DNA from: an uncultured virus (IMG/VR IMGVR_UViG_3300028883_000006)
Taxonomy: Duplodnaviria; Heunggongvirae; Uroviricota; Caudoviricetes
Length of the DNA: 64,000 nucleotides
IMG/VR virus record: IMGVR_UViG_3300028883_000006
Strand: one strand, 5' to 3'
Shown here: piece by piece, positions 37,987 through 47,546 of the stretch
How positions within the stretch are numbered: position 1 is the stretch's first letter
Layout of the letters: each line of letters opens with the position of its first letter
Made by a program: the position numbers and the translations under genes
The notes under the pieces: generated by a model
Seen by the model: the letters and a program-made list of their open reading frames with translations, nothing else
The model's database searches: none
Told to the model about the DNA's origin: nothing

Positions 37987-40900
37987 ATGAAAAGATCGCA
38001 TTATGTTGATGATATCAGAGTTCTTCATGAAAATAAACGCCCCTTACAAGTATTCAATCAGTCTGATAATGTCAGGTTTGAGATAGAGCTTATAGGAGGA
38101 GGAGGAGATGATATTGTCTTAACAGATGCACCTGAAACCGGAATACTATTCATTGACGAACAACCTCTTTCGGTTGAAGTAGCAGATACTCCTGACACCT
38201 TAACAGCCGTATTTATTGAGTTTTTGGACTCATTGTTCATTTTTACACATCCTGCCCAGGGGTTTGTGTCCCCCCTTGATATACACCCCGGGGACCATCC
38301 TTTTATTATTGATACGAGCCTTCAGGGTGGTTTTATAGCAAAGAATACTGGTGAGCCTAAGACACAACAATTTGAAATAGAGCTTGTGGATCAAGCCTAT
38401 GAAGTTAAGAAATCAGCCATATTAGCCAAACATCTTAAGCATGGAGAGGAAAAGGCATTTGATTTTAATATCGATTCATCTGCATCAACAGGACTTCACA
38501 GGTTACGGATAAGAACAAGGGATATTCTCGCAGCAGGGAGTGAGGAGGTTACTATTACAACTAAAGATGAAGAAGATATTACTACTAAGGATGAGAAAAA
38601 AATAATAACTGAAAGAATAATAGCACCTGGCTTTCTTATTACCACCAAGTCAGGGGAGCAGCTAACCACCAAGTCAGGGGAGGAACTTGAAACCAAACAA
38701 GAAGCTGAAATTGCAGTACTGGTAGGAGAGTGGGTTTACAGTAAGTCATTTTATATAAGTGGTGTGCCTGCAGATGTTGAGGTCACTGGCATACAAGACA
38801 TATCAGACGGAGAAGCAGGAACAGTTATCAATCCGGTAATAAATTATTCCAATACTGGAGGTGAAGGAGAGGTGACTATTCTTTGGCAGATAAAGAATAG
38901 TGGAGATAATGTTGTGGATTCAGATTCTATAAGTGTGCTGTTTCCCTCCGGCTCAGGGACAAAACAAATACCAGGGATTTATTACCCTGCACAGGGAGAT
39001 GATTATACCCTTGAAATAAAAGAGTCTGATGACTCATCTTACGAGGTAAGCAATGCTTTTGATACATACACAGTCACACCACCACCACCAACTAATATCG
39101 GAGTAACCTTTGTTACAGCTGAGGCAGGTGTGAATTACGTCAGGGACCTTATTAGCTGTGACATATCAGTGTTTAATAATGGAGGGGAAGGTTCGGCTAC
39201 AATAGAATGGAGAGTTATAGACGTAGAACTGGAGAATATTTACGATACCGGAACCATTGGTACAGGTACGGTAGGGGAAAATTCTGGCAAGTCCGTAGAA
39301 GTAACCGGTATAGAGACACCATCCATAATAGGGGTTTATTTCATACAGGCAAGGATACAAGGATCGGGGGATGCCTGGATGTCCAGTTCAATGCTTACAT
39401 GGGGTGAACCATTAGTGGTAACAAATATAGCTCCTGCATCCAGTCAGTATGATCCAGGGGCACAAATACTAACAGATATTACAGTTCTGAACCGTAGTGA
39501 CCTGTCAACAACAGGAATGTTAGAATGGCAGGTAGTTAACCTTGTAAACGCACTACAGAGTAGCGGAACAAGACCTGTGACAACTATTGCTGCAGGACAG
39601 TCAGAAGTATTCCAGGAAACATACATCTATGCTCCGGTCAATTCTGGCGATTATAGGATAAGGGTAAGGATAAAAGATAGTGGAGCAGATTGGAAGTATA
39701 GCGATATTATCGCAGTAAGATTAATGCCAGACGTATATGTTTCTGAGGTTGGTCATATAGATAACGGACAGGAAGGATCGTTAATAACAGTAGGATTCAA
39801 CTATAACAATACAGGGGGAGAGGGTGATGTAACATTTCAGTGGCAGATAAAGAACAGTGGGGGTTCAGTTATTGATTCGGGCAGCGAGGAGATGCCTTTG
39901 CCTGCAGAACCAGGGACAAGGTATTTGTCAAACATACTATATCCTTCTGAAGGATCAGGATATACAATAGAAATAAAAGAAGAAAATCAGAGTGAGTGGA
40001 AGTCAAGTAATTCATTCAATACCTGGCCTGATGAGACAGATCTTGCTGTGACTATTGTAACACCCGAGTCAGGTTATTTATATACAGATGATAATATTGA
40101 CTGTGATATAACGGTATATAATACCGGTGCCCTGGGATCTGGTATAATTGAATGGAGGGTGATAGATGCAGCTTTGGAAAATGTTTATGATACTGGCACT
40201 AAAGATACCGGGCTTGTAGGATCCTTTAACACGAAAGTTATTGCCGTCAATGGCATAGAAACACCGTCACTGGAAGGTAGTTATTTCATACAGGCAAGGA
40301 TTCAGGGGTCAGGGGATGCCTGGATATCCAGTTCATTAATAACACTACAGGAGCCGCTACTGGTAACTGATGTTATTCCTGCATCTTACCAGTATGATGT
40401 TAATACGCAGATGCCAACCAGTATTTCAGTTTATAACAGAGCATCCCTTTCCCAGGCAGAAACAATAGAATGGCAGGTAGTTAATCTATCTTATTCTGTT
40501 CAGAGTAGTGGTACAATACCAACACCAGATATATCAGGAGGATCGACTGAGATAGTAAACGTACCTAATATATATAGCCCTGCCAACAACGGAAGTTATA
40601 AGATAAGGGCAAGGATACAGGGGGCCAGTCAAACATGGACTTATAGTGATACAATAACCATAGCCGAGTATCCTAAGGTTGAAGTAACAGAATTAAGCAT
40701 TATAGATGACGGACAAAGTGGATCTCCGATAACTGTAACCTTTAATTATAATAATACAGGAGGTGCAGGAAATGCTACGATTTATTGGAGGGTAAAGGAT
40801 AAGTTTGGAACTATTGTTTCTTCAGGATCCTCTGTTATAGCTTTTCCTGCAGAACCAGGAACGGCTCCTCTTTCCGGTATTGTTTATCCGGTGGCGGGTA

Positions 40901-41922
40901 TTGACTACATCCTTGAAGTAAAAGAAACAGACGATAGTTCCTGGGAGGCAAGCAACAAATTTGAAACCTGGCCCAACTATCCAGATATGAGTGTAATTAG
41001 CGTTTTACCTCAAAGTGAGGACAAATATGCAGACGATAATATTAGTTGTGAGGTGGGTCTATTTAACTTTGGGGCAGAGGGGACACAGACCTTAGAATGG
41101 CAGGTAGTGAACCTTTCTGACAATATCCTTAAATCCGGGTCACAATCAACCGGGGTGATTCCTTCCAGGATAGTCAAATCCGTTGACATAAATGTATTAC
41201 TCCCTACAGCAATAGGTACTTACAAGGTAAGGGCAAGGATACTTAATTCAGGGGATGCCTGGGTGTATAGTACGGCGTTCACCACAAAAGAACCTCTTAT
41301 AGTTACACAGGTTAATCCTACAGCCTATGAGTTCGATGAAGGATCACAGATGAAAACCAATTTCTTTATTCAGAACCGGGCAGTCAACTCAAGAGTCGGA
41401 ATACTGGAATGGGAAGTTGTTGACCTGTCCGATAATATTCAAAGTAACGGAATTATGCCGTTCACTTCTATTAGCGGAGGGCAGACTTCATATTTTCAAT
41501 GTAACGCAATTTATGCACCCGAAACAGGAGGCACTTTTCGCATAAGAGGGAGAGTTCAGGGAACAACAGATGCCTGGGTATATAGTAGTAATATTTTAGT
41601 GATTGCAAGTCCTGATGTGGATGTTACAGGTATTGACACCATAATGGACGGAATGGCAGGTATGCCAATATATCCTTTATTCTTTTACTCCAACAGTGGA
41701 GGGGCTGGCAAGGCATTAATATCCTGGACTATAAGGAATAGCTCTGATATTATAATATATCAAGGAAGTGAAGAAGTTGATATTGTTGCCGGATCAGGGG
41801 CAACAACACTTAATTATCCTGAGTATCCTTCAGCAGGCACAGGTTATTATATGACAATAAAAGAAGCAAGCGATGTTTCATACGAGACAAGTAATTCATT
41901 TGATACAACTGAACAAATATAG
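37987..41922 (+). CDS. Large Ig-like repeat protein (ten beta-sandwich domains), probable virion fibre/adhesin
   Basis: Three-domain unit repeated from about 38767, 39727 and 40672, plus a fourth A domain from about 41611; motifs YxNTGGxG, EWQVV, ARIQGSGDAW. Confidence 0.75.
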   Translation: MKRSHYVDDIRVLHENKRPLQVFNQSDNVRFEIELIGGGGDDIVLTDAPETGILFIDEQPLSVEVADTPDTLTAVFIEFLDSLFIFTHPAQGFVSPLDIHPGDHPFIIDTSLQGGFIAKNTGEPKTQQFEIELVDQAYEVKKSAILAKHLKHGEEKAFDFNIDSSASTGLHRLRIRTRDILAAGSEEVTITTKDEEDITTKDEKKIITERIIAPGFLITTKSGEQLTTKSGEELETKQEAEIAVLVGEWVYSKSFYISGVPADVEVTGIQDISDGEAGTVINPVINYSNTGGEGEVTILWQIKNSGDNVVDSDSISVLFPSGSGTKQIPGIYYPAQGDDYTLEIKESDDSSYEVSNAFDTYTVTPPPPTNIGVTFVTAEAGVNYVRDLISCDISVFNNGGEGSATIEWRVIDVELENIYDTGTIGTGTVGENSGKSVEVTGIETPSIIGVYFIQARIQGSGDAWMSSSMLTWGEPLVVTNIAPASSQYDPGAQILTDITVLNRSDLSTTGMLEWQVVNLVNALQSSGTRPVTTIAAGQSEVFQETYIYAPVNSGDYRIRVRIKDSGADWKYSDIIAVRLMPDVYVSEVGHIDNGQEGSLITVGFNYNNTGGEGDVTFQWQIKNSGGSVIDSGSEEMPLPAEPGTRYLSNILYPSEGSGYTIEIKEENQSEWKSSNSFNTWPDETDLAVTIVTPESGYLYTDDNIDCDITVYNTGALGSGIIEWRVIDAALENVYDTGTKDTGLVGSFNTKVIAVNGIETPSLEGSYFIQARIQGSGDAWISSSLITLQEPLLVTDVIPASYQYDVNTQMPTSISVYNRASLSQAETIEWQVVNLSYSVQSSGTIPTPDISGGSTEIVNVPNIYSPANNGSYKIRARIQGASQTWTYSDTITIAEYPKVEVTELSIIDDGQSGSPITVTFNYNNTGGAGNATIYWRVKDKFGTIVSSGSSVIAFPAEPGTAPLSGIVYPVAGIDYILEVKETDDSSWEASNKFETWPNYPDMSVISVLPQSEDKYADDNISCEVGLFNFGAEGTQTLEWQVVNLSDNILKSGSQSTGVIPSRIVKSVDINVLLPTAIGTYKVRARILNSGDAWVYSTAFTTKEPLIVTQVNPTAYEFDEGSQMKTNFFIQNRAVNSRVGILEWEVVDLSDNIQSNGIMPFTSISGGQTSYFQCNAIYAPETGGTFRIRGRVQGTTDAWVYSSNILVIASPDVDVTGIDTIMDGMAGMPIYPLFFYSNSGGAGKALISWTIRNSSDIIIYQGSEEVDIVAGSGATTLNYPEYPSAGTGYYMTIKEASDVSYETSNSFDTTEQI

Positions 41923-41924
41923 CG

Positions 41925-42002
41925 ATGGGTTTAATAATAGGAATATTAATAGTGGTTTTCATGTTCGGTACAGCGTACTGGCTTGAAAGGAAAGTAAGGT
42001 AA
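41925..42002 (+). CDS. 25-aa single-TM peptide upstream of the endolysin
   Basis: MGLIIGILIVVFMFGTAYWLERKVR fills the gap; below the ORF-track cutoff. Confidence 0.55.
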   Translation: MGLIIGILIVVFMFGTAYWLERKVR

Positions 42003-42005
42003 GAC

Positions 42006-42593
42006 ATGAGAGAGGAGTTCTTGATAGCACATTGTCTTGATACACCTACAGACATGGATGTGACTGTAGGAATGATTGACCAGTGGCATAAAGGTCCGAG
42101 GGATCTTACTGATGGGAGGGTAAGATATATGCGTAAAAACTATGAGAGTCGGGATGAACTTCCTGACGAATACCTGGGTGGAGTACATATAAAAAAACTA
42201 CATGGCAGGGGATGGGACCGGAGGGGATACCGGTGGATGATTAAGCGAAGCGGTGCTATATGGATACTTTCCCCTGATAACAGGGATGGCTTTATACAAC
42301 CAGGAGAGGTGACATGGGGAGCTAAAGGATTCAACCGTAACAGTGTTCATGTTGCTCTGGAAGGAGGAAAATTAAAAGAAGGGCAAAAAGCTCCTATGCC
42401 TTTTCTTGATCTGTTTACCGGCAAGCAGTATGATATGTTTGAGAGGGTATGCAGGGATTTTATGATTGAACACCCTGAGGGAAGGATAGGCGGGCATTGT
42501 GATATTGCTAATTATAAGACCTGTCCAAACTTTGATGTGGCAGAATACCTTGATAATATAGGGATACCATCTTATTATATATACGCAGCATGA
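42006..42593 (+). CDS. Endolysin, N-acetylmuramoyl-L-alanine amidase (T7 lysozyme-like)
   Basis: LIAHCLDT, IDQWH, RGWDRRGY, GFNRNSVHVALEGG, GGHCD, KTCPNFDV. Confidence 0.88.
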   Translation: MREEFLIAHCLDTPTDMDVTVGMIDQWHKGPRDLTDGRVRYMRKNYESRDELPDEYLGGVHIKKLHGRGWDRRGYRWMIKRSGAIWILSPDNRDGFIQPGEVTWGAKGFNRNSVHVALEGGKLKEGQKAPMPFLDLFTGKQYDMFERVCRDFMIEHPEGRIGGHCDIANYKTCPNFDVAEYLDNIGIPSYYIYAA

Positions 42594-43192
42594 AAAAGAT
42601 ACTGATTAACATAGTAACGAGCCTTGTGATAATAGGAATAGTCCTGGTTATAATCCGTATAGGGCTGTTTAAAAAGAATGACTGCCCCGGGGAAGGGAAT
42701 GTTATTGTTTCACAGGCTTTCCTGGACAGTCTGGAAGTAGTTGCCAATATGCCCCCTGATACTGTTACAAAAGACACAACAATCTATATGGACAGGGTAA
42801 TATATACTATCCTGGATCCAGAAGGGAAAATAGATACATCTGAAGGGGATAGCCTTATGGTTTACCAAGACAGTATAATTACAGATAATGGTTCGTCAGG
42901 GGTTTCGATATGGGTTAAAGGAAGTCTTGAGAAACTAAAATTATGGAACCAGCCTGTTGTGCGTGTTAGTAAATCTGTCATAACAGACAAGCTACCTGTA
43001 CCGGTTCCTTACATAAAAGAAGTTCCACAGACAGGATATTACGGTATATTAACCCTGGGTGGAGGGAAAGGAGGAGTGATGGTATCGGGATCAGTCCTAT
43101 ACCTGAATGATAAGCATAGAATTTACGGAGGCGAAATAGGCAATTTCGCTGGTAATACATACGCAGCAATTAAGTACGGAATAAAATTTTGA
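42590..43192 (+). CDS. Membrane-anchored lysis-module protein (spanin candidate)
   Basis: N-terminal TM helix; C-terminal amphipathic strands ending YGIKF; ATGA overlap with the endolysin. Confidence 0.55.
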   Translation: MKKILINIVTSLVIIGIVLVIIRIGLFKKNDCPGEGNVIVSQAFLDSLEVVANMPPDTVTKDTTIYMDRVIYTILDPEGKIDTSEGDSLMVYQDSIITDNGSSGVSIWVKGSLEKLKLWNQPVVRVSKSVITDKLPVPVPYIKEVPQTGYYGILTLGGGKGGVMVSGSVLYLNDKHRIYGGEIGNFAGNTYAAIKYGIKF

Positions 43193-43195
43193 ATT

Positions 43196-44002
43196 ATGTA
43201 TATATATAATGCCACAACGAGAATTTATTATGATATCGAAGAATACCTGGAGGCTCTGGCAAGTGATTCGGGAAGTACGTATCATATAGTATTTGTAAAC
43301 AGTCTTGATGATATATTCACCAGGGCACAGAAACTATCTGCTTTAAGGGGCCGTTTTGCAAAGGGGCAGGAGGGATCATCATTACTTAATGAACTTGCAC
43401 TAACTGTTGATGAGCAGGATTTCTTTGACGAGATAATGCCCCAGGGTGCAAGGGAAGTATTCAGGAAGGTATCTGCCTGGGGCAAGAACATTGACCGAGC
43501 TTACCGATATAATGTTAAGTTTGGGGATCCTCAAGAGTCCGGTAGTGTTGACAGTGTAGCAAGTGAAGTTATCACAGATAGCAGTAAGAGCTTCACTATT
43601 GATGAATTGATAGGCATGAAAATGGTTATCACCTCAGGATCACATACGGGTGAGGAGAGGAATATTACTGATAATACCGCAGATACCATAACGGTTGCAA
43701 GTGCTTTTTCAGGCGATGTAACAGGAGCAGACTATGCTATCTTTAACCAGACAGAGGACTGTATAGTATTCCTTATTTCGCAGGATCTTTCATGGGACCT
43801 TAATATGTTACAGGGCCTTGACGACCTTATCACTGAAACGCTGGCGAGGTATATAGTTAAACAATGGTATTGGACCAACCGGTTCCAGGAGGATTACCTT
43901 ATAGAGAATGACATATACAATAGAAATTTGTCAGAGATACGCAGTATGCTTATACAGCACATTACACCACAAAGGAACATAGGTTTCTTCCGGGATTGTT
44001 GA
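43196..44002 (+). CDS. Hypothetical structural protein
   Basis: 268 aa; internal ITSGSHTGEERNITDNTADTITV beta insert of a type seen in virion proteins. Confidence 0.55.
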   Translation: MYIYNATTRIYYDIEEYLEALASDSGSTYHIVFVNSLDDIFTRAQKLSALRGRFAKGQEGSSLLNELALTVDEQDFFDEIMPQGAREVFRKVSAWGKNIDRAYRYNVKFGDPQESGSVDSVASEVITDSSKSFTIDELIGMKMVITSGSHTGEERNITDNTADTITVASAFSGDVTGADYAIFNQTEDCIVFLISQDLSWDLNMLQGLDDLITETLARYIVKQWYWTNRFQEDYLIENDIYNRNLSEIRSMLIQHITPQRNIGFFRDC

Positions 44003-44015
44003 TGTTGTAGTTAAT

Positions 44016-44045
44016 AAAAAAACCCCCTGCAAGGGACAGGGGGTT
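44016..44045. terminator. Terminator hairpin at the end of the late operon (U-tract on the minus strand)
   Basis: A7 tract overlapping AACCCCCTG-CAAGGGA-CAGGGGGTT. Confidence 0.6.
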
Positions 44046-44238
44046 GGGACAAAAAGCTACCAATAATAAAAAGGTCATAAGTACTTGTAAAGTAAACCAT
44101 ATTTAAGGATATTTACCGTTAATAAATGGCATAATAAATAACAAAAAATATAGGTGTCAGCACCAGAATAGCACCAGAACGGATTTTTAAAACTAATATA
44201 ATAAATTAAAGTACAACTGATTATAAGGATATGAGGTT

Positions 44239-44286
44239 ATGATTCATAATCATGAGGTCGGGGGTTCAATTCCCCCTCTCGCTACA
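44239..44286 (+). other. 3' half of tRNA-Met(CAT), the attP core
   Basis: ATGA-TTCATAA-TCAT anticodon arm, GGGGG-TTCAATT-CCCCC T-arm, TCTCGCTA acceptor 3' strand; no 5' half upstream. Confidence 0.85.
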
Positions 44287-44318
44287 GGCCCCGGAGGAAA
44301 CTCCGGGGTTCTTTATTT
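44287..44318 (+). terminator. Intrinsic terminator after the tRNA fragment
   Basis: CCCCGGAG-GAAA-CTCCGGGG followed by TTCTTTATTT. Confidence 0.8.
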
Positions 44319-44460
44319 CCCATTAATTGAGGGTTTACGACACCTGGTAGGTCAGCCTGTTGAAAAATTACCTGATAAGAAAAAACCTACTTTTACCTCA
44401 AAATAATGCCAAATATGTTATATTAGCACCAGAATTGCACCAGAATTAGGTTATAAGCAT

Positions 44461-45636
44461 ATGGCTACATTTAAACCTGTAATCCATAAAACTGATGCTC
44501 GTCAGGATGGAACTGTCAATATAAAGATCCGGCTCGGTCATCACAGAAAGGTTAGTTATCTGCCTACTAAATACTATGTAAAGCCAGAGGAGTTTGATTC
44601 ATCAACAGGCAAGGTAAAGGCAAAGTATATGACTGAACAGGAAGCAGAGGTAATAAATCTTCGCCTGACAGGTCAAATAGGACAATATGCAAGGAAGTTG
44701 GATCATCTTGGGGAGAAGATATCAGGCATGGATATAAAGAGCCTGGTGAGGATCCTAAGGGATAAAAACGAGAAATATGATATCTATTCCCTCCTGGATG
44801 AAAGAATAGCATTACACAAAAAGGTTGGCAACACGAATTATGCATCACTGTTTGAAAGGACAAAGGGCATACTACAGGAATATTATGGATCATCATACCT
44901 TACATTTGACAGGATAGATGCTGAATGGCTCAAGAGGCTGGAGGTCAAAATGAGGGTTGATAAGTTTAAGTCCAACAGCATAGGGATCCACATGAGAAAT
45001 ATCCGCACCATATATAACCAGGCCATATCCTTCGGTCTTGTCGATTTGAATATGTACCCTTTCCGAAGGTATCATATACCAAAAGAAAAGACCAGGAAAA
45101 GGAGTAATACCGCAGAGGAGATGCGTAAGATGAGGTATGCTAAAATCACCAATCCTTTGACAGCATGGGCAAGGGATATGTTCATGCTGTCTTTTTATCT
45201 TATCGGGATAAATATGAAGGATATGATGTTTCTGGACGGAATAGAGGATGGAAGGATATTTTATATACGCAGTAAGGGGAAGAAGGAATATTCAATACTT
45301 GTCCAACCGGAAGCGATGGAGATTATTAATAAGTATCCAGGGAAGAAATACCTCCTTAACACAATGGATAACTATTCTGATTACAGGACCGCAACAAAGA
45401 GGATAAACAAAAAGCTAAAGGATGTTGCCGGTGAATGTAAGATAAATAAGAAGATAACTACATACTGGGCAAGACATTCCTGGGCCACCATTGCCAACCG
45501 TATAGGCGTATCTAGGGATACCATAAGATATGCCCTGGGCCATGCCGGGGGCACTGTTACCGATATATATATTGATTATGACCTGGAACAGGTTGACCAG
45601 GCAAATAGGAAGGTTATTGATTTTATCAAGGAATAA
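44461..45636 (+). CDS. int: Tyrosine integrase, Bacteroidota type
   Basis: Arm-binding N-terminus (DGTVNIKIRL), SAM-like middle, SFYLIGINMKD, YWARHSWAT, ALGH and TDIY catalytic motifs. Confidence 0.93.
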   Translation: MATFKPVIHKTDARQDGTVNIKIRLGHHRKVSYLPTKYYVKPEEFDSSTGKVKAKYMTEQEAEVINLRLTGQIGQYARKLDHLGEKISGMDIKSLVRILRDKNEKYDIYSLLDERIALHKKVGNTNYASLFERTKGILQEYYGSSYLTFDRIDAEWLKRLEVKMRVDKFKSNSIGIHMRNIRTIYNQAISFGLVDLNMYPFRRYHIPKEKTRKRSNTAEEMRKMRYAKITNPLTAWARDMFMLSFYLIGINMKDMMFLDGIEDGRIFYIRSKGKKEYSILVQPEAMEIINKYPGKKYLLNTMDNYSDYRTATKRINKKLKDVAGECKINKKITTYWARHSWATIANRIGVSRDTIRYALGHAGGTVTDIYIDYDLEQVDQANRKVIDFIKE

Positions 45637-45645
45637 TACACTTTA

Positions 45646-45864
45646 TTATTTACGGTCCATAAATTGCACATCTTCGGGATTCACTACAATAACCTTCCCA
45701 TCTTCTTCCATCTCCACGATTGCTGCCTTATAGATGTATTCAGCACCCTCTACAGTTTCGCCTTTCCCCTGAGTCCATCCATGAAAGATACCTTTAACCT
45801 TTTTAATGCCGTAGTCTATTTCGACAGGTCTAAGGGCCTCTTGATTCAAGTTTTCTTTATTCAT
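45646..45864 (-). CDS. Hypothetical small beta protein
   Basis: Likely start MNKENL; KGIFHGW..AIVEMEEDGKV pattern seen in phage proteins. Confidence 0.6.
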   Translation of the reverse strand: MNKENLNQEALRPVEIDYGIKKVKGIFHGWTQGKGETVEGAEYIYKAAIVEMEEDGKVIVVNPEDVQFMDRK

Positions 45865-45884
45865 AATAATCAATTTATATAATG

Positions 45885-46271
45885 TCAAAACTTCATAACC
45901 GCCCCTGTAGGTGTTATTGTCAGTGCCGCTTCCTTCAGGCGGGTATCGGCCCCCCAAAACATTATCCAGGATATAAATTCCATTGCACCGGCACCCATTA
46001 GCAAGTAACCGCCAATTTTCGGATCATCATTTCCTGTAACCAAAAGACCTGCCCCTGCTACCAGGATACCGCTTGCACCGACAAAGAAGGCTGCTTGTCT
46101 TGCTTTGTAGTATTTATACAGGGCAGGATTGACAATTTCTTCTTTAACCTGGGTTGTGTCCTGCTGGACGATATCTTCCTCCTTAGGATTACCAAACACA
46201 TACTTTTTCTGCTGGGCAGAAAGGGTGTTGACAACAAGTGTCAAAACAAATAAAATCAATAATTGTTTCAT
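45885..46271 (-). CDS. Exported membrane protein co-oriented with the repressor (lysogenic conversion/exclusion candidate)
   Basis: Signal TLSA/Q and two hydrophobic helices; starts 2 bp after the repressor stop. Confidence 0.6.
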   Translation of the reverse strand: MKQLLILFVLTLVVNTLSAQQKKYVFGNPKEEDIVQQDTTQVKEEIVNPALYKYYKARQAAFFVGASGILVAGAGLLVTGNDDPKIGGYLLMGAGAMEFISWIMFWGADTRLKEAALTITPTGAVMKF

Positions 46272-46273
46272 GG

Positions 46274-46918
46274 CTAAAACCTCAATCTTTTTATTATACC
46301 TTTAACAGATAGTATCTTATCTATTTCGTGCATCTTAATGATATTTTCGCTTTCAGTATCCGACTCTATCCTGGCAACTAAATTATTTTGTTCGTCAAGT
46401 CTTTTTATTATCCTGATTACTGCAAAGTTTTTCCCTATTATAAGGTATGGTTCACCAAAGACTACCGGTTCTTCATCAGTCTCGCAACATAATACTATAT
46501 CCCCTGGAGAAAAGGTTGGAGTCATACTGGCTCCAATAATATCAAAGGCGTAATCACATCCTTCCATTCCTGAAATTTTAATAACAGAAATGGGGTTTGA
46601 GATTTTATTAATTGCATTATGGAAGTCTTTGAAAGATGATGTTTTATAGTATTTGATTGTTCCAGGTTCATCCCAGGGGGATCTCTTACTGTGTAATATG
46701 TCACCATCTCCGGTTATGAGCCAACGCAAATTAACTTCAGGAAAAGTCTCAGCTATTTTATTTAACACAAGATAAGAGGGTGCCCTTTCTTTATCATTAA
46801 TTATTCTTCCAATAACATTATTACTTGTTAACCCGATATTAACGGAAAATGAGTTTGTATTATACCCAAGATAATTAATTAGGTATCCAAGTCTTTCACT
46901 TACTGTGCTGTGTGCCAA
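46274..46918 (-). CDS. CI-like repressor with S24 peptidase domain
   Basis: N-terminal HTH, VNLRWLITGDG, GASMTPTFSPGDIV; divergent from a small HTH gene. Confidence 0.85.
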   Translation of the reverse strand: MAHSTVSERLGYLINYLGYNTNSFSVNIGLTSNNVIGRIINDKERAPSYLVLNKIAETFPEVNLRWLITGDGDILHSKRSPWDEPGTIKYYKTSSFKDFHNAINKISNPISVIKISGMEGCDYAFDIIGASMTPTFSPGDIVLCCETDEEPVVFGEPYLIIGKNFAVIRIIKRLDEQNNLVARIESDTESENIIKMHEIDKILSVKGIIKRLRF

Positions 46919-46942
46919 AACTATAAGGTTAGGTTTATAAAA

Positions 46943-46997
46943 TAATACAAAATAGTCGTAAAAAAATTTGATTTAATACATAATTGTACTATCTTTG
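46943..46997 (+). promoter_or_regulatory. Lytic promoter with two operator-like repeats
   Basis: TTTG at 46967-46970 and TATCTTTG at 46990-46997 fit Bacteroidota -33/-7 boxes; TAATACAAAATAGTCGTA (46943-46960) and TAATACATAATTGTACTA (46974-46991). Confidence 0.7.
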
Positions 46998-47028
46998 TTT
47001 TGTCTCTAAGATCAAATATAAGCTAAAA

Positions 47029-47265
47029 ATGGCAAAACCACAAGTAGAGAAATCAGCAATTTTTAAACTAAGAGCATCACTGCCTTATGGTTCTATACTT
47101 AAGATCTGTGAAAGACTTAATGTTCCTCGTGCAAAAGTACATAGAGTATTAAGGGGTGAGGTATATGATTCTCAGATTATTGAGGAAGCAATAAAGATTG
47201 CCGAGAAAGAAATAGAAGCTATCAGAAAATCAGAAGAAAGGATCAATCAGTTAATAAATAAATAG
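47029..47265 (+). CDS. Cro-like HTH regulator
   Basis: LPYGSILKICERLNVPRAKVHRVLRG; first gene after the promoter. Confidence 0.7.
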   Translation: MAKPQVEKSAIFKLRASLPYGSILKICERLNVPRAKVHRVLRGEVYDSQIIEEAIKIAEKEIEAIRKSEERINQLINK

Positions 47266-47268
47266 GTT

Positions 47269-47544
47269 ATGGGTTGCTTAGATTATGTAACAAGGGATGA
47301 ATTTAACCAGGCTATAGATCAACTGGCTGATAGTATTGCTGACAAAATTACTACCAAAATCAGCGAGAAAAATGAAAAACCTCTTATCTCCAGACAAGAA
47401 ATAATACGACAAATAGGGCGTACCAAGTTAGACAAATTGGTAAACAAGGGACTGCTAATTCCGATTAGAGGTAATGGGAGAAACGGTAAGATGACATTCT
47501 TAAGAAGTGAATATAAAAAAGCTATTAAACAATTAAATAAATAA
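47269..47544 (+). CDS. Excisionase-like HTH protein
   Basis: LISRQEIIRQIGRTKLDKLVNKGLLIP..GKMTFLRSE. Confidence 0.6.
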   Translation: MGCLDYVTRDEFNQAIDQLADSIADKITTKISEKNEKPLISRQEIIRQIGRTKLDKLVNKGLLIPIRGNGRNGKMTFLRSEYKKAIKQLNK

Positions 47545-47546
47545 TC

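Larger units (their letters stand above)
44159..44446. mobile_element. attP: tRNA-derived core flanked by integrase arm-type repeats
   Basis: GCACCAGAA tandem pairs at 44159-44180 and 44425-44446 flank a 3' tRNA half; integrase starts at 44461. Confidence 0.85.

Noticed and set aside
37987..41922. Diversity-generating retroelement TR/VR pair
   Set aside because: No reverse transcriptase in the window; repeats are in-frame domain duplications with differences not confined to adenines
44200..44286. Complete phage tRNA-Met gene
   Set aside because: No D-arm or 5' acceptor strand upstream of the anticodon arm; better explained as the attP core
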